Shown: in pieces, positions 1 to 7,453 of the stretch
Numbering within the stretch: position 1 is the first letter of the stretch
Layout of the letters: the number at the start of each line of letters is the position of its first letter
Source of the DNA: a bacterium
Lineage (GTDB): Bacteria; Patescibacteriota; Saccharimonadia; Saccharimonadales; SZUA-47
DNA length: 64,000 nucleotides
Direction: 5' to 3'
Assembly (NCBI GenBank): GCA_030428125.1
Contig: JAUIBF010000001.1
Location: 298,383-362,382 of the forward strand
Made by a program: the position numbers and the translations under genes
Notes under the pieces: model-generated
The model's database searches: none
The model's input: only the letters and a program-made list of their open reading frames with translations
What the model was told of the DNA's origin: nothing

Positions 1-1
1 T

Positions 2-478
2 CTGATGATTCACTTTAGGTCTATTATTTTGCCAGGTTTAATATTAGGTGTATTGCCACTATCAATACCACTGTTGTTCCCAGGCTTGAAGAGTGTCAAC
101 GCAGAACTCAGCTTCTTCGTAATGCTTGGTCTAGCCGCCCTAATTGGAATTGCCGTTAACAATTCAATTATGCTGATTGACTACGCAGAGAGAGCAGTAA
201 AAGAAGAAGGCAAGAGCGCAAGGCAGTCTATAATTGATGCGCTGTCAGTCAGATTCAGGCCGCTAATCGTAACGGTATTGACTACAGTAGTAGGCATATT
301 CCCTCTAACTTCAGATCCACAATTCTCAGGACTTGCTTGGACTGTGATTTTCGGGATGACCTCGTCAACCTTAATGGTGATTACGGTGTTTCCAGCGTAT
401 TACGAGATCGTACAAGGTCCACGGCTAATGGTTCTAAGATTCTTTAAGCGATTAAGAAAAAAGATATTTCACAGATAA
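2..478 (+). CDS. RND (AcrB/MMPL-like) transporter, C-terminal fragment; 5' end lies outside the window
   Basis: The frame is open from the window edge to the stop at 476-478. The last TM bundle (AVNNSIMLIDYAE...RFRPLIVTVLTTVVGIFPL...FGMTSSTLMVITVFPAYY) parallels the C-terminus of the 906-aa RND-like ORF at 39807-42527. Confidence 0.75.
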   Translation: MMIHFRSIILPGLILGVLPLSIPLLFPGLKSVNAELSFFVMLGLAALIGIAVNNSIMLIDYAERAVKEEGKSARQSIIDALSVRFRPLIVTVLTTVVGIFPLTSDPQFSGLAWTVIFGMTSSTLMVITVFPAYYEIVQGPRLMVLRFFKRLRKKIFHR

Positions 479-485
479 GATAAAT

Positions 486-1022
486 TTATTCTCCAGCGAG
501 AGTAAAAGTAACTGCTACCAAAATTACAACCAATAAAATAGTCAATATATCGAAGTACTTATCTAGTTTGTCCCATTTTATGACATCGTCCTTAACTCGG
601 TTTATTGCTTCTTGACGTACATGGTGAGACCAACGAATTTCACTAAATCCCTTTAGAATACGGTATCGGTCAAGCCATCTAGATAAGAACCATCCGTATT
701 TTTCATCTTTTAGAACTTTTCTACGCTCCTGTAGTAAAGGGTAGGCAATAATTATTGCGATGTACCCAGCGGCAAATTTAACAAAAAGAGCGACCCCGAG
801 CCCTACTAGAGGAGATAGTAATTTAGCTGCAACAGATTCAATATTTGTGAAATCTAATTCATTATTGCCCAGGTCTTCATTTAGTAAGTAGCCAATAACA
901 CCTAGTAAAATCAGCGGCCAGAATAAACGCCTAAAAAACCAAAGTATTAATAGGTAACGTGCATCTTTTGAACCTTCTTGGAGCACCTTTATTTCTGATA
1001 TTTTAGAATAGTTATTCGTCAT
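486..1022 (-). CDS. hypothetical membrane protein (3 predicted TM helices)
   Basis: 178-aa ORF with three long hydrophobic stretches and no recognisable catalytic motif. Confidence 0.55.
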   Translation of the reverse strand: MTNNYSKISEIKVLQEGSKDARYLLILWFFRRLFWPLILLGVIGYLLNEDLGNNELDFTNIESVAAKLLSPLVGLGVALFVKFAAGYIAIIIAYPLLQERRKVLKDEKYGWFLSRWLDRYRILKGFSEIRWSHHVRQEAINRVKDDVIKWDKLDKYFDILTILLVVILVAVTFTLAGE

Positions 1023-1048
1023 CTTAACCCGAAACTAGATAAGTCTTT

Positions 1049-1879
1049 TTACTTTTGTGTTTTTTCGTAATCTGGATCAAACTTTTTATTCCCGGTGACG
1101 ATTAATCCGCCAATAGCTGATGCGTATAGTGTGAATTGTGCAACTATAGCTATCAAAGCTTGCATAGGGTTATCCTCCTGGTACTGTTCCATAACTGAAT
1201 TGTCATTTATTGATCCTGATGCAAGTAGCGACATATCCCAAAGCATATGCAGAACAATTGGCAGCCAAAGTGAGCCACCAACGCGTAAAGCTATATACAT
1301 ATATATTGCAAAAGGCATAGTTGAAACTACTTGAGATATTGTAGTTCCTGCTTCTTGACCAAGAAGGCCATTCATTCCGTGCAGTAAACCAAACACTACA
1401 ACAACAATTAATAAAGCTTTCTTTTCCGATACCGTTGACCTTGCGGCTTTAAGCAATAGTCCACGTGTCAGCAGTTCCTCAGTGAATCCAACAAGCAAGG
1501 TACACAATGCAATTAAAGGTAAGCTGAGGTTAGAGTCTGGATTTATATCAAATGCTCTAATAAAGTTTAGAACAACAAGCACTAGAATTGCCGCAGGAAC
1601 AACCCAAAACCACTTTTGTCGTAGTTTGTGCTTTTCAGAAAACACATCCGTCCAACCTAGATATTTAGTTAGGCCGTACAACAGTATCGAGCCCAAGCCA
1701 ACTGGAATCAAGATGCCTTTAATAAGGTTTTCGTTTGAGTCGGCAACTTGATCGTATGGAACGCCGATAATCTTCGCCATCGCAAAAAGGTATGCCGCGT
1801 AAGCCAACACAATTAGTAGACCTGTTTTTAGAGTTGGATTTTTATATTTAGACTCAATTTTAGATTTAGACTCACTCAT
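1049..1879 (-). CDS. CPBP-family intramembrane metalloprotease (CAAX protease/Abi family)
   Basis: Polytopic protein carrying EELLTRG, FGLLHG and HMLWD, the three CPBP signature motifs. Confidence 0.85.
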   Translation of the reverse strand: MSESKSKIESKYKNPTLKTGLLIVLAYAAYLFAMAKIIGVPYDQVADSNENLIKGILIPVGLGSILLYGLTKYLGWTDVFSEKHKLRQKWFWVVPAAILVLVVLNFIRAFDINPDSNLSLPLIALCTLLVGFTEELLTRGLLLKAARSTVSEKKALLIVVVVFGLLHGMNGLLGQEAGTTISQVVSTMPFAIYMYIALRVGGSLWLPIVLHMLWDMSLLASGSINDNSVMEQYQEDNPMQALIAIVAQFTLYASAIGGLIVTGNKKFDPDYEKTQK

Positions 1880-1947
1880 GTAATCCCCCTATTAACTCAA
1901 TAATAACATTAAAATAAATCTTGAGGCTATTAGAGCAATCTATATAC

Positions 1948-2298
1948 CTAGTTTAGTATCTTTTCGATTGGTTTGCCTTTGGCTAGTTCGTCTATCAGCT
2001 TATCTAAGTATCGTATTTCTTGCATCAATGGCTCTTTGATTTCTTCAACTCTGACTCCACAAATTACACCAGTAATTAACTTACGTTTGGGATTTAATTT
2101 AGCTACTGCGAAAAATTCTTCAAAAGTTACTTCATCTGCAATCAGTTTTTCTAATTCTGATTGGCTGAAACCTGTAAGTCGCCTGATAATTTCGTCAACT
2201 TCATCCTTTGTTCTGTCTTTTCTGTCAGCTTTTGCAACGTATAGTGGATAAACCCGCGCAAAGCTCATCGAATATATTTTGTGATTTTTATCATTCAT
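1948..2298 (-). CDS. DUF2200 domain protein
   Basis: 116 aa. [13 protein letters not shown] and [33 protein letters not shown] match my recollection of the DUF2200 family over its full length. Confidence 0.8.
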   Translation of the reverse strand: MNDKNHKIYSMSFARVYPLYVAKADRKDRTKDEVDEIIRRLTGFSQSELEKLIADEVTFEEFFAVAKLNPKRKLITGVICGVRVEEIKEPLMQEIRYLDKLIDELAKGKPIEKILN

Positions 2299-2363
2299 AT
2301 TGCTTATTTTAACAAGTTTCTGTTGCTATACTATAAACACAAGTAATAAAGGGGACATACGAA

Positions 2364-2570
2364 ATGGGAATGTTATGGGAAGCGCACCAACAAAGTTCAG
2401 GACGACGAACCGATAGACGACAGAATATGCGAACTATGGGACTAGAGCAACAAGTACAAGAGCTCAATTCTCTAGTAGAGGATTTAGAAAAAGAACTAGG
2501 TGACGTTGTAAAGTACTTAGAGCAAAAATTTGGAGAAGACGTTAATAATGACGGACAAGTATCGGTCTAG
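2364..2570 (+). CDS. small hypothetical protein, predicted coiled coil
   Basis: 68-aa ORF preceded by aaagggga. The heptad-like LEQQVQELNSLVEDLEKELGDVVKYLEQ segment suggests a coiled coil. It may not be expressed. Confidence 0.3.
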   Translation: MGMLWEAHQQSSGRRTDRRQNMRTMGLEQQVQELNSLVEDLEKELGDVVKYLEQKFGEDVNNDGQVSV

Positions 2571-2576
2571 ATAATT

Positions 2577-3650
2577 CTATTCTTCAGTTGTAATGATTTT
2601 TGTATTGCGGTCAGCAAACAGAGCACCTGCGAGAAATACAAAAATACTTATAACCACATTAAAGTTCGTGGTGTATATAGTTGCAATTGACACTACTGCA
2701 CTCGCAACGAAAATAAGGGGGAAAATCAGACCACCCCTGTAACCCAGTGAATGTGACCAGGCAATTGCTACAACCTTCACCAGACTAACCCATAGTAGTG
2801 TAAGTAGTCCTAAGTCTTTTGCTTGTTCAAAAACAGGTACTATGCTTTCGTTGCCGGTGAACTGCACGAGCTCTCCACCTAGCAAGAAGAGCAGGCATAG
2901 GATACCACCTGCAACTAAGGCATGCCTCAGCCAGATTCTAGACAGTTTTTTGTTGATAACGCTGAATATCGCTACTGAAAATTTTAGGATCTTCTGATAT
3001 AAAAGGCCCGATAAGAAGAAAATGATTGTAAGTAAAACCATAGTCAAGGTAAACGTACTATTTGCTTCCGGGAATTCGAAAGAACCTGAATGAGATAAAA
3101 CTCCTAAAGTGATATATGCAACCACCGACGAGACAGCAACTAATATATAGTTATAATAATTTAGTTTTTGAGACTTTTGTTTCTGGGCAAAGTATAGTCC
3201 CAATAAACCACCAGCGATTGAGTTAAAGAAAGCTACAAATAAAGCAACTATGCCCACTAGGCTTAGAATGCTCGCCTGCTTTTTTATCTTAAATATATTC
3301 GAAACTAACAGACCGGATACTATAGAGGCCGGAATTAGTACTGCTTCAGGACCCAAGGAAGCACCGGCAAATAGTGAGAAAAATCCAACTACAAGTATGC
3401 TTGCCAATTTTACGATCGCAGGCTTAGATCTAAGGTTTTTTGCATTACCCAGGTATCTTTGAGCCGCAAAAAATATAAACCCTAGCCCAATGGTCAATGG
3501 TATGACCATGATTCTATTGTCTGAGGTGTCAAGAAAATCTAGCCACACTAGGTCTATAGCTTCAACCACCGCGAATTCGAATACTAAATAGATAATCGAT
3601 ACAAGTATGCTGACTATCGCCGACGATATGAGCAATTTTAAAGTAGACAT
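2577..3650 (-). CDS. polytopic membrane protein with weak ClC anion-channel-like motifs
   Basis: 357 aa with about 10 hydrophobic helices. GASLGPEAV and GGLIFPLIF resemble, but do not match exactly, the ClC GxEGP and GxFxP motifs. The functional call is tentative. Confidence 0.55.
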   Translation of the reverse strand: MSTLKLLISSAIVSILVSIIYLVFEFAVVEAIDLVWLDFLDTSDNRIMVIPLTIGLGFIFFAAQRYLGNAKNLRSKPAIVKLASILVVGFFSLFAGASLGPEAVLIPASIVSGLLVSNIFKIKKQASILSLVGIVALFVAFFNSIAGGLLGLYFAQKQKSQKLNYYNYILVAVSSVVAYITLGVLSHSGSFEFPEANSTFTLTMVLLTIIFFLSGLLYQKILKFSVAIFSVINKKLSRIWLRHALVAGGILCLLFLLGGELVQFTGNESIVPVFEQAKDLGLLTLLWVSLVKVVAIAWSHSLGYRGGLIFPLIFVASAVVSIATIYTTNFNVVISIFVFLAGALFADRNTKIITTEE

Positions 3651-3654
3651 AGAA

Positions 3655-4350
3655 ATGATTATAGCAACACTCCGATTAATCTGTAATTTCTGGTATATTG
3701 TACCTGTGGGCAGAAAAAAACAAAAAAGACTAATTCCACTTATACATCCTACAGTTCATGTTTTTTTAGCATTGATATTATTTCTAATAGCTTTACTGCT
3801 CTCAAGAGGTGCTGAAATAGCAAGTTGGGAAGAACCAATATTTACCTGGGTTTATGATTGGCCTGATTTTCTAACACCTTTATTTATTGTGATAACGTGG
3901 TTTGGAAGCGTCTACGCACTGGGGGTGTTTTCAATAATATTGTTTATTAAGCAAAAGTATAATGAACTAATCCGATTTTTGATGGCTTCGATCCTAGCTT
4001 ATGAGCTGTCGGGATTTGCCAAAGACCTCTGGGGCAGAATGAGACCCGATGAAGTGCTAGGGATAGTAACTAGAGACTTTTCTTACGGACCTGCATTTCC
4101 ATCAGGGCATACTGCACTAGCTACTTCGATGGCATTTGTCGCCGGGCATTACCTGCCTAAAAAGTTTCACTGGGTAGTGCCTGTTTGGATTGTGAGCGTT
4201 GGGATTTCCAGGCTGTATCTAGGGTTACATGTGCCTCTTGATATAATTGGCGGGTTTGCAATCGGCTGGTTCTCATATATGTTATTCAGGCACGTTCGTT
4301 TGTTTGCGGTGGGCTATGGTAGAAAGAAAACCAAAAAGAAGCGCTCCTAA
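3655..4350 (+). CDS. PAP2-family lipid phosphatase (stand-alone)
   Basis: Complete PAP2 motifs are present: KDLWGRMRP, PSGH, SRLYLGLHVPLD. I chose the ATG at 3655 rather than 3607 to avoid a 5' overlap with the divergent neighbour. Confidence 0.85.
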   Translation: MIIATLRLICNFWYIVPVGRKKQKRLIPLIHPTVHVFLALILFLIALLLSRGAEIASWEEPIFTWVYDWPDFLTPLFIVITWFGSVYALGVFSIILFIKQKYNELIRFLMASILAYELSGFAKDLWGRMRPDEVLGIVTRDFSYGPAFPSGHTALATSMAFVAGHYLPKKFHWVVPVWIVSVGISRLYLGLHVPLDIIGGFAIGWFSYMLFRHVRLFAVGYGRKKTKKKRS

Positions 4351-4370
4351 GGTATAATTAATGCAAATAT

Positions 4371-5084
4371 ATGAAATCTCTTAAAAATACTGTTTCTAAA
4401 AAAATACTCTTTTGGCTAGTGGTTAGTATAGCGATTTTTACCACTATTCACTTAACACTGCAGTATATTAATACCGAATACTTTAACCTTTCTTACGGTA
4501 ATTTCTACGAAGTTACAAACAGATTTGATTTTGATGACGAGGCAAGTATACCTACTTGGTTTGCGCAGGCACTATTTCTATTGTTGGCGATGCTTGCAGG
4601 CCTTACGTCCTACTTGGAAAAAAATAAAAGAAGCAGATGGGTGTGGACGACACTATCAGTGCTCGCAGTTTTAGGATCTGTAGATGAAGTATCTACAGTT
4701 CATGAGTCAGGTCTGCAAAGTATACACCTGCTTTTCTTCAACGAGAACGCACCAACTCTACTTGCTAATGCCTGGGTTGTCATAGTGCCACTTGTGTTGA
4801 TAATCGCCACGTTATTTCTATACTTTTCGTATAAAGTCTTACCAAAACCCACCGTAAAGCTCTTTGTAATAGGCGCTGTCGTCTATATATCTGGCGCGGT
4901 CGGAGTAGACATCATTACATCTACATTGTTAGAGTCTACTGCGTTCATTGAACAGGGAGTGTTTGTTGCGATTGAAGAAGTGTCGGAGCTAATCGGACTT
5001 ACGATTATGGTATTCGCGACATCTAGCTATTTGGAGTCAAACTACGGCAAAAGAATATCCAGATCTATTAGTGCCCTAAAATAA
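4371..5084 (+). CDS. hypothetical polytopic membrane protein
   Basis: 237-aa ORF with about 6 hydrophobic helices and no recognised motif. Confidence 0.6.
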   Translation: MKSLKNTVSKKILFWLVVSIAIFTTIHLTLQYINTEYFNLSYGNFYEVTNRFDFDDEASIPTWFAQALFLLLAMLAGLTSYLEKNKRSRWVWTTLSVLAVLGSVDEVSTVHESGLQSIHLLFFNENAPTLLANAWVVIVPLVLIIATLFLYFSYKVLPKPTVKLFVIGAVVYISGAVGVDIITSTLLESTAFIEQGVFVAIEEVSELIGLTIMVFATSSYLESNYGKRISRSISALK

Positions 5085-5086
5085 TT

Positions 5087-7453
5087 CTAAATATACTCTT
5101 TCTTTGTTGCCTGCCTGAAGGCTAAGAATCCAGGTAGAATTGGCAGCCAAAACGTCAGCAGTCTGTAAAGTAAAGTTATCGTAAGTGCTGTAGGAGTATC
5201 TACGCCCACGGTGGTTAGACCAGCAACAAATGCTGCTTCGGCACCTCCGATTCCACCAGGAGTCGGGGTAACAGTGGCTACAATTGCGCCAAATGTAAAT
5301 ACATATATTGCGTCTAGAATGTCGAGGTGTATTCCTAAAGCAAGGGCACTAAAGTATAGAGTTGCGGTGTAGGTAAGGGTTATTGCTACTGATGCCAGGT
5401 ATCCAAGTATTATTTTGGAAGGATTGTCCCAATAGAATGCAAATTGTTCAAACACTTTTCTTCTGCCTTTAGTAAATAGTTTGCGCATTGCCGGAAAGGC
5501 GAAAGCAGAAATTATAATAGAAAGTACTGCAAGGGCAGAGAATATCACAATCGTGAGAGATACGTGTATGTCCGGGAGCAAATCAACTACTGAGCCAGGG
5601 GTAAATAATGAAATAAAAACGACCACAGAAATATGACCGAGCAGCCCTAGGATAGTATTTAGTGTTGCCACAGCTCCTGCCTGTGTAATGTCATGATTGT
5701 TTTTGTAAAGATACCGTCCGTTTAGCGCGATCCCCCCCGTTCCAGCTGGGGCAACTTTAGATGCAAAACTGCTAGCGACTTGAATAAGTACGGTTGGCCA
5801 AAGCTTCACCGGGTATATGGTCATGAACTTGTAGGCTAGCCCGGACAAGAAGTAAGTAAAGGCTGAAAGTACTACACCAACTCCTATATATCGCCAATCA
5901 GCACCTTTTGCTGCGTCCAACGAATCTCCTAGGTTTACAAATTGTGGCGCAAGGACGTATATAGCGACACCCAAAGAAACAAGTATCAGAAACGTTTTGA
6001 AATTAAGCCTTTTCATTTCTACAGACTTAACTTTTTTGACTCCAGTTGCTTTAATAAGCTTACTTTTTAGTTTTTTGAATTCCTTTCGCTGCTTTTTGTA
6101 GGCTGAGGTAGTTGCTCCAGACAAAGATGAGAATGACAAGTAAGGCAAGCTATGACGAAGCTCGTCCTTGCCAATTACTTTAATCGCAGAATCAACAGTT
6201 CTGTCTATGCCCACTAGTAAACTTAGTGATGCCACAAGTTCTACTGTGTCGCGGTAGAAACTCTCAGGTTTTATAGACGCTTCTGAGAATCCAAAATCAA
6301 TAATCCAAGGCTCGTTTTTATCATCAAGAAATATATTTGCTGCCCGAAGGTCGCGATGAATAATATGGTTGTCGTGCAGAGTTTTTACTTCTTTCCAAAT
6401 AGACTCCAAAACTTTATTACTGATTCGTTTTGGGTCAATAGAATCTAAGGATTTTCCAGGAATCATAACCTGCGCCATAGCCCACCTATCTGTTTCTGCC
6501 TCGAATATTGCAACAATATCTGGAGTGTTGACCCCGGCCTTTTTAGCTAGCATGGCAACGTATGCCTCGTGTTCTAACTGACGTTTTGCTGACAAATATG
6601 GCTGCTCATCTTCAAGACGTCTGTAGATTATTCGCCGGAATGACTTAAATAATAGATCAGCTACGTTATTGTCTATGCCGACAATTTTTATAAATAGTGA
6701 AGGCTTACCTTTCGCAATGTATGGCACTGAACCACGTGCATCAACGCTAGCAATTTTGACTTCAGATATTCTCAAGTTTAGTTTAGTTAATTTTTCTTTG
6801 ACAACTTCGGGGCTCACGGGATTGTAGCGTCTGCTCCCAAAAATAAAATTCATTAACCCACCGACCGCGAGACCAACTCCCCAGCCGCCGATTAAATCGA
6901 TAGGCAAATGAATGCCTAAATATAGTTGCGATACACCAACAAGCAATACTAATCCAGTGATAATTTTATGAAACCTTTTAGGTATGTAGGTGTACGATGT
7001 TAATGCTAAAACCGCAGCAATAGCCATAAATGAGGAAGGGAAACCTACTAGAAGCTCGAAACTACCTTCTCCATGATCGATTACATTATTTCTGATACTT
7101 TCTGGAATGTTACTAATGTTACGATTGTTTAAAAACGTACAGACACTAGACGCTACTCCTCCTGCCAATAATATTCTTATGGCATTTGCATAATGTCTTC
7201 TGAGCAAAGCGATGAAGGCAACTATCGGTACCATCAGGGCTGTACCAAATACTAAAAATAAAATCGCCCAATAGTAGAATGATCCCGATAGGCGATTAAA
7301 AGTGTAAAATATTGATTCTTCAACGCCGCCCACGCCACTCTCAGCGATAATGCCGGCAAATAGAGTTATTAATATCCCGCCAAAAACATAGAGCAAATAC
7401 ACCGGGTTTCTGTAGGCATTGATACGGTTTTTGACGCCTATAATCATACCCAT
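5087..7453 (-). CDS. three-domain membrane protein: degenerate PAP2 + eukaryotic-like kinase + LPG_synthase_TM/UPF0104 flippase-like domain
   Basis: 788 aa. The N-terminal 6-TM PAP2-like region has NNRNISNIP / PSSF / SQLYLGIHLPID in place of the canonical motifs. The central domain has FIKIVG, LEHEA, HRDLRAANIFL and IIDFGF. The C-terminal polytopic domain ends in TPTPGGIGGAEAAF...LLYRLLTFWLPILPG. Confidence 0.9.
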   Translation of the reverse strand: MGMIIGVKNRINAYRNPVYLLYVFGGILITLFAGIIAESGVGGVEESIFYTFNRLSGSFYYWAILFLVFGTALMVPIVAFIALLRRHYANAIRILLAGGVASSVCTFLNNRNISNIPESIRNNVIDHGEGSFELLVGFPSSFMAIAAVLALTSYTYIPKRFHKIITGLVLLVGVSQLYLGIHLPIDLIGGWGVGLAVGGLMNFIFGSRRYNPVSPEVVKEKLTKLNLRISEVKIASVDARGSVPYIAKGKPSLFIKIVGIDNNVADLLFKSFRRIIYRRLEDEQPYLSAKRQLEHEAYVAMLAKKAGVNTPDIVAIFEAETDRWAMAQVMIPGKSLDSIDPKRISNKVLESIWKEVKTLHDNHIIHRDLRAANIFLDDKNEPWIIDFGFSEASIKPESFYRDTVELVASLSLLVGIDRTVDSAIKVIGKDELRHSLPYLSFSSLSGATTSAYKKQRKEFKKLKSKLIKATGVKKVKSVEMKRLNFKTFLILVSLGVAIYVLAPQFVNLGDSLDAAKGADWRYIGVGVVLSAFTYFLSGLAYKFMTIYPVKLWPTVLIQVASSFASKVAPAGTGGIALNGRYLYKNNHDITQAGAVATLNTILGLLGHISVVVFISLFTPGSVVDLLPDIHVSLTIVIFSALAVLSIIISAFAFPAMRKLFTKGRRKVFEQFAFYWDNPSKIILGYLASVAITLTYTATLYFSALALGIHLDILDAIYVFTFGAIVATVTPTPGGIGGAEAAFVAGLTTVGVDTPTALTITLLYRLLTFWLPILPGFLAFRQATKKEYI

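Noticed and set aside
3607-3654. The upstream start (3607) for the stand-alone PAP2 gene, which would overlap the 5' end of the divergent membrane-protein gene by 44 nt.
   Set aside because: The extra N-terminal residues (MLTIADDMSNFKVDIE) add nothing recognisable. The ATG at 3655 removes the overlap. The exact start remains uncertain.
6290-6358. Calling the fused kinases bona fide tyrosine kinases on the basis of the HRDLRAAN loop.
   Set aside because: A single loop variant is not diagnostic outside the eukaryotic kinome. It is kept only as an observation to test.
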